64,000 bases of DNA. Origin: a virus. The DNA lies in IMG/VR virus record IMGVR_UViG_3300046168_000070, positions 96,001-160,000 of that record; one strand, 5' to 3'. Below, in pieces: positions 26,650-37,158 of this stretch (the first letter of the stretch is position 1; every line of letters begins with the position of its first letter). Under the pieces are notes generated by a model that was not told where the DNA came from, searched no databases, and saw nothing but the letters and a program-made list of their open reading frames with translations. Made by a program: the position numbers and the translations under genes.

Positions 26650-27156
26650 CTAAATTACCTTGGCTACCACCTTTATTTGTTGAGTATTCCAATTTTTCCA
26701 ACCCCAATTCCCGTTAGCCTCAAGTTTTATAACACCATACGAAGGAAGTTGAACCGTAACTGTATTCGCTTCTATGCCTTGTATTTGTGCGCCCCAAAAT
26801 TGCGCCCCCAAGGAAGTGGGGGGATTAGTCGGTTGTAAATCTACTCTTACAGAGTTTCCACCGCCATCTGTATCTCTGGCGAACAACGAAAATATAAGAT
26901 CGTCAGTGCCTAAGTTATGGGTAAAAGATAGGGTGGCGTTATTAGCTACAAAAGTAAGACCAGCATAGTTAACCCATCCGCTGCTCCAGCCTGCTGAGTT
27001 TGATGAGTTTGATGAGTTCGATGATACATATGTGAGCAAGTCTGAAATTTTTACATTCTGAGTAGTCCCGTCTGCCTTAGCTACTAACAACAAATCATTT
27101 TCACCTATTGAAGATGTTGTATTTAAATCCCTTACTTTTATACTTTCGATTGACAT
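26650..27156 (-). CDS. Short fibre with KISEL-like N-terminus and THNLG-type tip
   Basis: IKVRDLN..DLLLVA..QNVKISDL; SFTHNLG. Confidence 0.6.
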   Translation of the reverse strand: MSIESIKVRDLNTTSSIGENDLLLVAKADGTTQNVKISDLLTYVSSNSSNSSNSAGWSSGWVNYAGLTFVANNATLSFTHNLGTDDLIFSLFARDTDGGGNSVRVDLQPTNPPTSLGAQFWGAQIQGIEANTVTVQLPSYGVIKLEANGNWGWKNWNTQQIKVVAKVI

Positions 27157-28523
27157 ATCTTTTCTAATTCTTTAATTCTTTTTTCTTGATCTTTTATACA
27201 CTCTATTAGTAATGGTATTATACTATTATATTTTACACTTTTAAAGCCATTTTCTTTATCTTTTACAGCTTCTGGCAAAACAAGCTCTACTTCTTGAGCA
27301 AGCACACCGTAATCTTTACCAGAATATTTTGGCTGCATTTCTTCTTTCCAGTCAAAAGATATTCCATTTATTTGTTTTATTTTATTTATCGGACTATCTA
27401 TTGTTTGGATGTTTTCCTTAAGTCTTTGGTCAGAGGCGCTATAGTATGCAACAACATCATTATAACAGAGCAGGTCTCCACTGGCGTCAATTTCTACACT
27501 CTTACTTCCTGATGTATAAAAACATATACTATCTAAATCTGAACTTTCTTCTGTTGTTATATAAGTATCATTGTCTGCATCGGATATTCCTGTTAATAAG
27601 TCTGTGGTTGCGAAATCTCCCGTTTGACCCGTAGTGACAAACACACCAGTTTCTCCAGTAGTTACAAAATCTCCCGTTTGACCTGTAGTGACGAAAACGC
27701 CAGTTTCTCCAGTACTTACAAAATCTCCTATTTCTATTCCAGTTAATACGGGAACACCGCTAATCGTGAGTTCTTGGCTGAAGCCTCCTATTTGTCCTGT
27801 TGTGGTGCCAAAAATTCCACTAGTTCCTTTAAGATTATACCCACTAATATCGCCTGTGGTGGAGATATCAGTCACAGATTCTACAAACATTTCTCCTGTA
27901 ACATAAAGATTTCCTCCAATAGCTAAATCTCCAGTAACTCTAAAATCATGAAAAAATCCACTGGCACCACTCAATTGTTCTTCTGAATATATTAAATTAG
28001 AGCTTCCTGTGAATGATGAGCCGCTTTTGTATTGAATTGAGAAGTCGGGCCCACTAACGGTTGTCGTGGAGTTAGAAAATGGAGACCATGCGTTATTGAC
28101 GTAACCTTCAAATTGACCAAGTTCTGTATTGTATCTCATTAAGCCATTTGTTGGAGTTGGTCTTTGGGCGGATGATCCTGCGGGGAATTTAATCCCATCA
28201 GATGTAAAGATTCCTAATCCGTAATTTATCGGAGCAGAAAGATTTAATGGATTTATATTAATCCCTGATTTATTTACAATTGCAGGAGTAAGTCCGTCGC
28301 AAGTTATCGAAGCAGTATTATCTCCAGTGTGAACGCTAAATTTGGTGTCGCCATCTAGATCTTCTATCTCTATATATTTTTTTAATTTATTTATAGATAT
28401 TTTTGAAGTCCGTGCGGCGTTAGAGGTTTCAGCGCCTGATTCAGTTATGACTAAAAAATCAGTTGATTCATTTGTGAAATCATCTGAAAATGTAGGTAAA
28501 CCTCTTATTTTAACATTAGCCAT
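27138..28523 (-). CDS. Tail fibre with C-terminal peptidase S74 intramolecular chaperone
   Basis: SASDQRLKENIQTI..KIKQINGISFDW..YGVLAQEVE.VLPEAV..VKYNSIIPLLIECIK. Confidence 0.85.
   Translation of the reverse strand: MANVKIRGLPTFSDDFTNESTDFLVITESGAETSNAARTSKISINKLKKYIEIEDLDGDTKFSVHTGDNTASITCDGLTPAIVNKSGININPLNLSAPINYGLGIFTSDGIKFPAGSSAQRPTPTNGLMRYNTELGQFEGYVNNAWSPFSNSTTTVSGPDFSIQYKSGSSFTGSSNLIYSEEQLSGASGFFHDFRVTGDLAIGGNLYVTGEMFVESVTDISTTGDISGYNLKGTSGIFGTTTGQIGGFSQELTISGVPVLTGIEIGDFVSTGETGVFVTTGQTGDFVTTGETGVFVTTGQTGDFATTDLLTGISDADNDTYITTEESSDLDSICFYTSGSKSVEIDASGDLLCYNDVVAYYSASDQRLKENIQTIDSPINKIKQINGISFDWKEEMQPKYSGKDYGVLAQEVELVLPEAVKDKENGFKSVKYNSIIPLLIECIKDQEKRIKELEKICQSKV
27610..27728 (-). repeat. 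9-aa (27-bp) tandem repeat FV(S/T)TG(E/Q)TG(V/D), four full copies plus a partial
   Basis: FVSTGETGVFVTTGQTGDFVTTGETGVFVTTGQTGDFATT. Confidence 0.85.
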
Positions 28524-28535
28524 ATATAGTATATA

Positions 28536-28769
28536 TTACACTTTTACAATTGATCCATTTTTATAATAAAGTTTTTCTTTATCATCGCTTTTATTTCGTA
28601 TAATATTTTCTACATTAATATATTCAGAATCATCTACCACTATAACTTTTATTTCATCTTTATTGTGTGATTTATCTATATATTGTATGGCATCTAATCT
28701 TGGCTTTTTTGATTCAGCTGGAAATGCAAAAATAATTTGATCATTTTTGTTTATGAATAAATGTATCAT
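28536..28769 (-). CDS. Small protein, possible fibre assembly factor
   Basis: 77 aa between adhesin and fibre genes. Confidence 0.5.
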   Translation of the reverse strand: MIHLFINKNDQIIFAFPAESKKPRLDAIQYIDKSHNKDEIKVIVVDDSEYINVENIIRNKSDDKEKLYYKNGSIVKV

Positions 28770-29773
28770 CCTATTGTGCCTTTTAAGGTAGTGGAAGTAA
28801 AGTTTCCATTATTCAAAGTATTTGAGTTTATTGAAAAGCCATTCTTGCGTAATAAGTGCCCCGCAGCTCCTCCACTTCCCGCATTCCCAAACCCTGCTTT
28901 AGCTAAATCTCCACCAGGCATAGGGGCAAATGTATCATCAGAAAAAAGCGTTCCAGGAGCCCCGCCATTTATAGCGGTCCCATCATTTCCATTAGCGTTC
29001 CCAAAGCCGCCTTTTCCTGCAAATATGCCAGCGCCTCCACCACCCCCGCTGTAAAGAGAGCCAGACCCACCTCCTCCGCCACCAAAAATACTTCCGCCAT
29101 TATTTTCAATTTCAACATTATATTGCAAGCTAATTGCATCTCCACCATCTTTGCCATTTATGTCTGTGTTATAATTTAATGCATTTCCACCATCTCCTCC
29201 CGCTCCATAAATCAAGCCTTCATTAATAATTTTAATGTAAGAGTTATTTTCCCACCCAGAGCCTGTTTGTAAGGCGGGCAAAGAACTATCTTTGGAATAT
29301 ACTACTCCTCTATTTATAAATATAATGGCTTCAGCTTCTGTAGTGTATCCTCTAGTTTGGAATAAAATTGACCTTAGATTAACGTTAATTAATGTAGTCG
29401 CATTAATAATATGTATTGCTACAACAGACGTATTTCCATTTTCATTATCGCTAACTAAATTATCACCGTCATCTGTCTCTAACCAGCCATCATCAGAGCG
29501 CTCAAGTAATGTAGGGTAATCATCTTCTCCGTCTGCAATCAGATAATATCCAGGATTAGCATCCATAAATTCAAATTCAGAAAACTTAAAATCAGCGCCT
29601 AGCGAAAACCCGCTTAATGTTTGCCCATCATCACCTATCCTTGGGAACGATGAATTAAATGCAAAATTAGATATATCTCTGGTAGATAGAGAAGATGTGA
29701 GGTTTAATCCTCCAGCCTCACCCCTTATTCTCCCTAAGGAAATTGGTGAAGATTTGGAATTTATTTTGGTCAT
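28766..29773 (-). CDS. Glycine-rich gp38-like adhesin
   Basis: PISLGRIRGE..FKFSEFE N-terminus; IINEGLIYGAGGDGG, GGGGGGSG, GGGGGAG, GSGGAAG motifs. Confidence 0.75.
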   Translation of the reverse strand: MTKINSKSSPISLGRIRGEAGGLNLTSSLSTRDISNFAFNSSFPRIGDDGQTLSGFSLGADFKFSEFEFMDANPGYYLIADGEDDYPTLLERSDDGWLETDDGDNLVSDNENGNTSVVAIHIINATTLINVNLRSILFQTRGYTTEAEAIIFINRGVVYSKDSSLPALQTGSGWENNSYIKIINEGLIYGAGGDGGNALNYNTDINGKDGGDAISLQYNVEIENNGGSIFGGGGGGSGSLYSGGGGGAGIFAGKGGFGNANGNDGTAINGGAPGTLFSDDTFAPMPGGDLAKAGFGNAGSGGAAGHLLRKNGFSINSNTLNNGNFTSTTLKGTIG

Positions 29774-30345
29774 AATAGTTGAGTATAGAGCCCATAATTC
29801 GAAGGGTTTGCTACCGTTCCGTTATTAATTAAAATAATTTCTGAGTTTGCGGGCCAACTTGATTCCTGCAAATATAAATTTTCAATGTCACCATTATTTG
29901 TGAACTCGTAAAAAACCCTTGCATACGGGAATCCAAAATTTCTACAAAATTCAGCAAATAAATACACTTCACCGTCGCTAGAACTTTCTGATTTATGTTT
30001 TATGATAGTTTCATTTCCTACTTTATCATCAGTTCTTAAAATTCTACCATTGTCATCTGTAATCAAAAAAGCTCCCGTATCTTTTATCCTGCTGGAGTGG
30101 GGCTGCGAGCCGTCTTCAAACTCAGAGATTAAGAAGTTATTGTCATCATATCCGTCAAAGTTATAGAATTCGGAAAATTTAATCTTTTCATCTGCAAAAT
30201 TAGGAGCATTGACATCTCCCGTTCTATATTCATCTGCCAATTTTTCTTGTATAAATTTGTCTTGCTCAGATAGCCGCCCAAAACCATAAGAACTTTCACC
30301 TATAATTTCGCTGAAAGAAATCGGCCCTGAAGACGGAAGTGTCAT
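29770..30345 (-). CDS. gp38-like attachment-domain protein lacking the Gly-rich domain
   Basis: MTLPSSGPISFSEI..KIKFSEFY; ends just after SWPANSEIILINNGTV. Confidence 0.65.
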   Translation of the reverse strand: MTLPSSGPISFSEIIGESSYGFGRLSEQDKFIQEKLADEYRTGDVNAPNFADEKIKFSEFYNFDGYDDNNFLISEFEDGSQPHSSRIKDTGAFLITDDNGRILRTDDKVGNETIIKHKSESSSDGEVYLFAEFCRNFGFPYARVFYEFTNNGDIENLYLQESSWPANSEIILINNGTVANPSNYGLYTQLL

Positions 30346-31127
30346 TTTATTTGCTTGCTTAAATTTTCAATTTGTTTTTGTTGATCTTTTACAGCCTCAA
30401 TTAATAGTCCGATAATATTTTGGTATGCTACCGCTTTTTTACCTTCAGGCAAGTCTTTCACGACCTCTGGAATCACTTGTTCTACTTCTTGAGCAATTAA
30501 CCCCATATGGATTTTTTCTTGATCTTCAGAGTCTGTTCTTGTATATAGGCGACCATTAAGCCTTTTAACTTTCTGAATAGCATGAGGGATTGGCCTGATG
30601 TTATCCTTAACGGAAATGTCAGAAAATGCGACAATGTCATTAGATGCATAAATAGATGTAGTCCCTACTACATTATGAACCTCAAGAGCTGCTAGACTGT
30701 TGTTTCCGATAGATGCAGATTCCAGATCTGCGCCTCCGTTTTGACCTATAGAAATATGGTTATTAAAACCAACATTTTCATCAAAAACTTTTACCGCAGC
30801 AATATCTTGAGCATCGTTTATAGTGACAAAACTATTACCTAAATTAGTAAGAGCGTTTGTGTTGGATTCTACGCTTGAGTTTAATGTAGAGAAAATATCG
30901 CCTGTTCCGTTAGCGCTTATGTCATTAGTGATAGTTAAGTCAACTGCAGAGACGTCATTAAAGCTTGGGTTTCTATCTCCGCCTTGGTATAAGCCAACCT
31001 CTAGTTCAGCTATTTTCATGCTCTTGGTTTGATCTGCGCTTATATCAACTATAGGGAAAACATCATTAGTCGCATCTAATTCGTTAGCACTTAAAAGAGT
31101 TAAGTCTGATATTTTAGTTTCTGCCAT
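30342..31127 (-). CDS. Short tail fibre with peptidase S74 chaperone
   Basis: MAETKISDL; FSDISVKDNI..KVKRLNG..MGLIAQEVEQVIPEVV..VAYQNIIGLLIEAVK. Confidence 0.85.
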   Translation of the reverse strand: MAETKISDLTLLSANELDATNDVFPIVDISADQTKSMKIAELEVGLYQGGDRNPSFNDVSAVDLTITNDISANGTGDIFSTLNSSVESNTNALTNLGNSFVTINDAQDIAAVKVFDENVGFNNHISIGQNGGADLESASIGNNSLAALEVHNVVGTTSIYASNDIVAFSDISVKDNIRPIPHAIQKVKRLNGRLYTRTDSEDQEKIHMGLIAQEVEQVIPEVVKDLPEGKKAVAYQNIIGLLIEAVKDQQKQIENLSKQIK

Positions 31128-31144
31128 ATAAGATATTACACTTT

Positions 31145-33304
31145 TTAATTATTGATTTCAAGTAAAATAAAGTCACCATTTTGCTGCACAATCGGGAATT
31201 CGTCTTGCTTTAATAAGGCTTTTGACGTAGAAAACTCAAATACTGCGGACTCACAAGAATCTCCTGATTCATTAGTAGCTATGCCCACTGCATAATATAC
31301 TCCGCCTGCTGCCAAATTACTTAGAGAGACCTGATTCGAAGTAAATTGATCGGTGAGAAATAAATTACTTAAAGCCGCATCACTATAAATGTTTAATGAA
31401 TATTCTTGGGCAGTCGTGCTAGAATTAGCTGTGTTTTGAGAAAAGGTTGGAATAAAATTCAGGGTTAATCCTGAGCCTGAAGCTGCATTACTAGTTGTAA
31501 ACGCTGGTCGAAAAGGCTTTGTTAAAACTGTTATTACGTTAGAATCTAATGATGAGCCTTCATCATTAAAAGATCTAATTCTGTAGTAATATAATGTTCC
31601 AGAAGAAAGATTTTGAACTGACAAAGAATTTGATCCTGCTCCTAGAACTTCATAAGACTCAAGATATATTTCAACTCCTGAAGAGTTTTCTGCGGTTACA
31701 AAAGATGTGAAATCGGAAGTTTCACTTACATCTACATAATAACCTGTAGCTGATCCTTGAGCGTTCCAGTTGATGGTAAAAGAAGCTGCTGTACTAGAAA
31801 ACGTATGGCCTGTTTCAGTACAATCAATATTATTATTGGTTGCAGCCGTAGCCGTCGGAGCGCTGACTACGAGCGTAGTAGTACGCACATCAGATTCACC
31901 GCATGTTTGATTTTGTGAATTGTAAGCTTTTACTTTATAATAGTAAACATTCGCAGTCAATCCATCGACTGCTATTCTGTTCGTAAAAGTTTGAACTCCG
32001 TCGTAAGTTGATACAGTGGTTGAGAAATCTGAAGCTTCTGATAAAAAGAATTCAAAATAACTAACTCCCGAAGGATAAGACCAAGTAGCTGTAAAGGAAT
32101 TTGATCTAATTTGGGAAGATAATCTTGTTGTAGGAATTTCTGGAGGTGTCTCTATCAAAAGCTCTGAAGCTTCGCTTTCGCCACAATCATTATAAGATAT
32201 GAGTTTTACATAATATTCTGTCCCTAAATCTAGATTACATATTTCATGAGTAGTATCAGTACTACTTAAATTTTTAAAACCATAATCTGCTATTGTTTGT
32301 GAGTAATTACTGTCTAATGCGACATAAAGTTTATATCCTGTTACTCCGCTAGAGCCATCCCACTCAATATTAGTGCATCCATCGCAACCCGTGCTTGTAG
32401 ATATTAAATTTTGTGCAGCAGCTGGTATCGTAATTATATTATCTGTTGAAGAGTACGCTGATTCAGCATCTTTATTTTTAGCTTTAATTCTAAAATAATA
32501 TTGAGTTCCAGCAGATAGATTTATAAATATTATAGAAGTTGAGGTGGTAGAATGAGTGGTGTCATAACCTTCTACAAAAGAAGTGAAGTTTGGGTCTGTT
32601 GATAAATTTACTTCGTATGAAGTTGCATTAGAGCTTGGCTCCCAAGACAAAGTGAAGCCATATGAGTCGTTTGAATATGTACAATTTGAAGTATTGATTC
32701 CTGAAATTGCGCTTGGGGGAGACGAGATTGTTGTGACTGATATAGGTGTGGAGAAAAGCCCAGCTCCGCAAGAGCTGTTTGATGCTTGAACCCGAATGTA
32801 GTATGTCGAATTTTGATCAATTCCAGTGGAAAAAGTTTTGGATGTTAAGGATGTTGTTTCAGATGAAATAATGGGGTTGAAATTTGCATTTCCTGCGACT
32901 TCTACAATATATTCATTGGCTGAACTAGACGCATCCCACGATGCTGAAACAGAAGAATCTGAAGAAGACGTCGAAAGATTAGACGGCGATGCGGGCTTCG
33001 TGACTATTGATAAAGGATTAGACTCTGGAGAAAGCCCAAATTCATTAGCTCCTTGAATCGTAACTTGATATTCGACTCCGCTCGATAAATTATTGAATTT
33101 TGTAGAATTTTGATATACATTTACAAATCTTTGCAACTCTCCGTCTTCATATAAATTAACCTTATAATAACTCGCATCTAGAGAGGCTGACCAATTAACC
33201 TCGAACCCTCCCTGGAAGCAATCAACTTTTGTGAGGCCTGAAACTGAACTCGCTGAAGATTGCGTTGTGAAACTTTGTCTGATGAAGCTTGGCTTGTCCC
33301 GCAT
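31145..33304 (-). CDS. FN3-repeat protein (7 domains); probably the 3' part of the 37158 gene
   Basis: Repeated W..(S/P)..Y..L..GT.YY.RI.A.N motifs; overlaps upstream ORF by 127 nt; no GTGTAA/SD seen. Confidence 0.8.
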   Translation of the reverse strand: MRDKPSFIRQSFTTQSSASSVSGLTKVDCFQGGFEVNWSASLDASYYKVNLYEDGELQRFVNVYQNSTKFNNLSSGVEYQVTIQGANEFGLSPESNPLSIVTKPASPSNLSTSSSDSSVSASWDASSSANEYIVEVAGNANFNPIISSETTSLTSKTFSTGIDQNSTYYIRVQASNSSCGAGLFSTPISVTTISSPPSAISGINTSNCTYSNDSYGFTLSWEPSSNATSYEVNLSTDPNFTSFVEGYDTTHSTTSTSIIFINLSAGTQYYFRIKAKNKDAESAYSSTDNIITIPAAAQNLISTSTGCDGCTNIEWDGSSGVTGYKLYVALDSNYSQTIADYGFKNLSSTDTTHEICNLDLGTEYYVKLISYNDCGESEASELLIETPPEIPTTRLSSQIRSNSFTATWSYPSGVSYFEFFLSEASDFSTTVSTYDGVQTFTNRIAVDGLTANVYYYKVKAYNSQNQTCGESDVRTTTLVVSAPTATAATNNNIDCTETGHTFSSTAASFTINWNAQGSATGYYVDVSETSDFTSFVTAENSSGVEIYLESYEVLGAGSNSLSVQNLSSGTLYYYRIRSFNDEGSSLDSNVITVLTKPFRPAFTTSNAASGSGLTLNFIPTFSQNTANSSTTAQEYSLNIYSDAALSNLFLTDQFTSNQVSLSNLAAGGVYYAVGIATNESGDSCESAVFEFSTSKALLKQDEFPIVQQNGDFILLEINN

Positions 33305-36300
33305 CCATCATTCTCTGATTTCATGTGAATCAAGTATTTTTGATTAGAATCTAAGTTGTTTATTGAGTATGATAGATCGTTAGTGGAAACCTCGGTATAG
33401 TTGCTAGCCCCTTCTTTTTTATAATATATAATATAATTATTAGCTGATAATACTCTAGCCCATGATAAATCAACAGAATCAACTCCCACGGATCTTATAT
33501 TTAAATTTGGAGCACTAGGAAAAGTTAAAAAGTCTCCAGAAGAAGAAAAGGAAGAATAACCGAAGTTGTTTTTTGCTCTTATTTTATAAAAATATTTTTT
33601 ACCTGGATCTAAATTTTCAATTACTTCAGATATCGAAGCAGTTAAAAAATCTTCATTATAGCCCTGTTCAAATGAGGAAAAATTAGGCTCCTGTGATAGT
33701 AATAAATTATATTCATCGGCGTTTAGAGAAGCTGCCCAGGACAAGGTTATACCATAGTATGTACAGTTTGATGTTGAAGGCTTACTTGGCGTCGATGGCA
33801 TTGACTCGGTTAATACATTTATAGTGGAAGAGTTTTGGCTTAACCCACATCCTAAATTTTTAGCTCTGGCTCTAATATAATATCTCGTATTGGGGGATAG
33901 CCCAATAACAGGAATAGAGGTGTCGCTTGTCTCTTTAGACCTAAAGTCTGAAATAAAGTTTGAAAAGTTTGAATTAGTTGATATATCTATTTCATATGAT
34001 ATTACCGAAGCTGGTTCGGATAGGGCGATATTAAAACTATTAGCCGTGACATTAGAGGAAGTTAAGGTTGGGGAGCTGGGAAAAGTTAAGACTAATTCTG
34101 GATCAGAATATTCTGTTGATCCATATTGATTAAAAGCTTTTATCCTATAATAGTATTTTGTTCCTGGATCTAAGTTGGTAATATTAATTGACAAAGAAGA
34201 AGTACGGAAGCTAGTATTGTAAGAACCGACAAAAGAAGAGAAATTAATATCTTCAGATAAATTAAACTCATATTGTGTAGAATTTGGATCTTTTACCCAA
34301 GATGCAGTGAACCCATAATAAGAGCAATTTGATGGAGGATTTAATCCTTTAAGTGAAGACTTTGACGGAGTAATTTGAGAAACAACATTACTATATGGAC
34401 TTTTCCCACAATCACCATCAGATGATCTAACTCTAAAATAATATTCTGTTTTTTCTTGTAAATTGTTTAATGAAATATTATTTGCTGACAACTCAACTCC
34501 CGCATAGTTACTTATTAGGGGGCTCATTGTTTCTGATTTTGATAGATCGAATATATATTTAACTCCACCGCCCACAGACCCCCAAGATGCGTTGAATGAA
34601 TTAGGGGTTGCTGAAGAAGCTGATAAATTAGTTGGTGTTGCAGGCGCCGTACAATCAGATCCAGTTTCTGAATTTTGAGATGCGCCGCAATCGTTAACAG
34701 CTCTAATTCTATAGATATAGTTTTGCCCAGCCGTTAATCCTGTCACCTTTAGAGAATTCTCTTCAACCGATTTTGAATTATAGCCTGTCAAATTGGGGTT
34801 AAAATTATTTGATTGTAGCGATACATCAACTTCATAACTTTCTGCTCCATCAGTATTATTCCATTTTAAAAGTATTGAGTCCTGTTCTGTAGAGGGCGAT
34901 TCGATAATTAGTGGAGCAGGAGGTATGGTTACTTTAAATTTATCAAAAGAATAGTCTCCTTGCCCTGTAGGATTAATTGCCCTAACTCTGTACCAATATT
35001 TTTTTCCAGCTAGCAAATTTGTTACGTCATAACTATTAATTGAAGAGGTTTTCGTTAAACTGTATACTGGAAAACCATTTGCATCAACCGCGCTAGTATA
35101 TTGTATCTCATATTCAGAAGCTCCAGTTATATTAGGCCAGGATAAAGTAAATCCATAGAAATCGCATTGAGTTGCTGATATATTGGTTACTTGTTTTGGT
35201 ATGAGGGTTACTGATTCTGGGGAAGTTCCTGAAGTTTCTCCGCAGTCATTATCTACATGTAAAACTACGGAGTATGTTTCGCCTTGCTCTAAACCAGTAA
35301 TTTCCATTGAGGTATAATGAGTTTTCTTCCTATCATATCTGATGAGCGGAGCAGAAGACCCATGTTTGAAAACTGAAACCATATAACCATTATTCAGTCT
35401 TGACGGATCCCAGTTCAGCATGAATTCAGTTTCTAAAATATTTGAGAATCTAATATTTGTGGGCTGGGGTGATCTAGTTTGGTTTTTAAATATTTCAGAA
35501 TTGAAACTTGTTCCAGAATTATTAACAGACCTTACTCTAGAATAGAAAACTTTACCTGCATCTAGCTCTTGAATTAAATAGTTATTTGTAGTAACAAGAT
35601 ACGAATCTAAAACTAGACTGGCAAAATTAGGATCGTTAGATAAATCTAATAAATAATGATTAGCTCCTTTTGAAGCTGTCCAATTCAACTTAAACCCAAA
35701 ACTAGGAGAATCTTGACAGTTCGAAAAGCTAGTAATTTCTGGATTGGCAGGAATAGTTATAGTCTCAACAACGTTAGACCATTGCGAATATTCTCCATAT
35801 TCATTTTTAGATCTTATTCTATAATAATAAACAGTACCTGGCTCAAGAGCGCATAACTCATATGAATATGTAATTTGCAGATTACCGTCTCCCTGGAAGC
35901 GCATTTTATCTAAAACTTTATTATTATTATTGAAATAAGGATCTTCTTTAGAAACATCAAGTTCGTATTCATGGTCTATAACAAAACCTTTCCAATTTAA
36001 GGTAAAGCAGGACTGAGTTTGGCTCGTAGCTAATTTAGCTTGAGGTCTATACACTTGGATAGTCGGCTCTCGACATTGCCTGTCGGGCTCGGGACCAATT
36101 TCTACGTCGTCTAACTCTGCTGAGAGGCTTCCAGAAATTATTGATTCATCGAGAAAATTATAATAACCTTGATATGATAAAGAAATCTCTAATTGTTCAT
36201 TTACTGATGCGCTTATGTTTTCACCTATGAGTCGTGCATTAGGTATATTGTAAGAACCAATAACTGATGTGTTGTCAGAGTTTTTAACTAAAATAGAAAG

Positions 36301-37158
36301 ATCTTTTTTATGCGGGCTAGTGTTTTGTATTAAGTAATCAAAAACATTTTTAGCTTCATAATCATCAATATGTAATACTATTTCAGCGTTAACCTCGTAA
36401 GGAGGTATAGCTTGCACTTCAACAGGCCTATCTTTTCCAACTACATAAATAGGCTCTCTTGGGGTAGAAAGAGTATAAGAAAAACTTTGTACGCGATTAG
36501 TTTCTGTACCGAACCCAGAAATATGTATAGATCCTTGATCTGGTATTTGAATAATTTCTCCATCTTCCTCGGGGTGCAAAATTGGAGTGGCCGACCTAGG
36601 ATGGTCTCCAGATAAACCAACCCATCCGTAATCTAACCATTCTATGGCGTCTAGCTTTACTGAATCTTGATCCCTGACTACTCCAGTAGTTAATATCCCA
36701 GTTTCGACATACTGCTTAACTAACCCAGTTTCGGTATGATGTAAAGTTGTGTTATAATTTTTAACTTTATTTTTTGCTAATGTGCGAGATCCTCCTCCTA
36801 TATTTCCGTAAACAGCAATGTCGGCAGAAACTGAAGGTATGGCTCCTACAGAACAAGAGACAGAGTAATCCTGTAAATAGCCACTAACAAAATCAAAGCT
36901 AGTTCCATTATAATAAATTCCACCGTTGAACCCTAATTCACCAGTATAATTTAATAACGGATCTCTTGTAATCAAACTTCTCTCTATGGAAAAATTACCT
37001 TGAAGAGGTTGAGTAACTAAGCTATCAAAATATCCGTGACCTAAAACATTAAGGGGCTCTTCATTTATTTGATAGCCGCCATCTATTGCTGTAACGCCAG
37101 AGACTTCATAGTTTTCTATAAAAAACTTTTGTTCGTAATTAAAATTTGCTCCGTTCAT
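33178..37158 (-). CDS. Tail-tube-fold N-terminal domain plus 10 FN3 domains
   Basis: N-terminal ~340 aa with RVQSFSY..REPIYVVG; ten FN3 repeats; last 25 aa out of pattern. Confidence 0.8.
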   Translation of the reverse strand: MNGANFNYEQKFFIENYEVSGVTAIDGGYQINEEPLNVLGHGYFDSLVTQPLQGNFSIERSLITRDPLLNYTGELGFNGGIYYNGTSFDFVSGYLQDYSVSCSVGAIPSVSADIAVYGNIGGGSRTLAKNKVKNYNTTLHHTETGLVKQYVETGILTTGVVRDQDSVKLDAIEWLDYGWVGLSGDHPRSATPILHPEEDGEIIQIPDQGSIHISGFGTETNRVQSFSYTLSTPREPIYVVGKDRPVEVQAIPPYEVNAEIVLHIDDYEAKNVFDYLIQNTSPHKKDLSILVKNSDNTSVIGSYNIPNARLIGENISASVNEQLEISLSYQGYYNFLDESIISGSLSAELDDVEIGPEPDRQCREPTIQVYRPQAKLATSQTQSCFTLNWKGFVIDHEYELDVSKEDPYFNNNNKVLDKMRFQGDGNLQITYSYELCALEPGTVYYYRIRSKNEYGEYSQWSNVVETITIPANPEITSFSNCQDSPSFGFKLNWTASKGANHYLLDLSNDPNFASLVLDSYLVTTNNYLIQELDAGKVFYSRVRSVNNSGTSFNSEIFKNQTRSPQPTNIRFSNILETEFMLNWDPSRLNNGYMVSVFKHGSSAPLIRYDRKKTHYTSMEITGLEQGETYSVVLHVDNDCGETSGTSPESVTLIPKQVTNISATQCDFYGFTLSWPNITGASEYEIQYTSAVDANGFPVYSLTKTSSINSYDVTNLLAGKKYWYRVRAINPTGQGDYSFDKFKVTIPPAPLIIESPSTEQDSILLKWNNTDGAESYEVDVSLQSNNFNPNLTGYNSKSVEENSLKVTGLTAGQNYIYRIRAVNDCGASQNSETGSDCTAPATPTNLSASSATPNSFNASWGSVGGGVKYIFDLSKSETMSPLISNYAGVELSANNISLNNLQEKTEYYFRVRSSDGDCGKSPYSNVVSQITPSKSSLKGLNPPSNCSYYGFTASWVKDPNSTQYEFNLSEDINFSSFVGSYNTSFRTSSLSINITNLDPGTKYYYRIKAFNQYGSTEYSDPELVLTFPSSPTLTSSNVTANSFNIALSEPASVISYEIDISTNSNFSNFISDFRSKETSDTSIPVIGLSPNTRYYIRARAKNLGCGLSQNSSTINVLTESMPSTPSKPSTSNCTYYGITLSWAASLNADEYNLLLSQEPNFSSFEQGYNEDFLTASISEVIENLDPGKKYFYKIRAKNNFGYSSFSSSGDFLTFPSAPNLNIRSVGVDSVDLSWARVLSANNYIIYYKKEGASNYTEVSTNDLSYSINNLDSNQKYLIHMKSENDGCGTSQASSDKVSQRNLQRVQFQASQKLIASREGSRLIGQPL

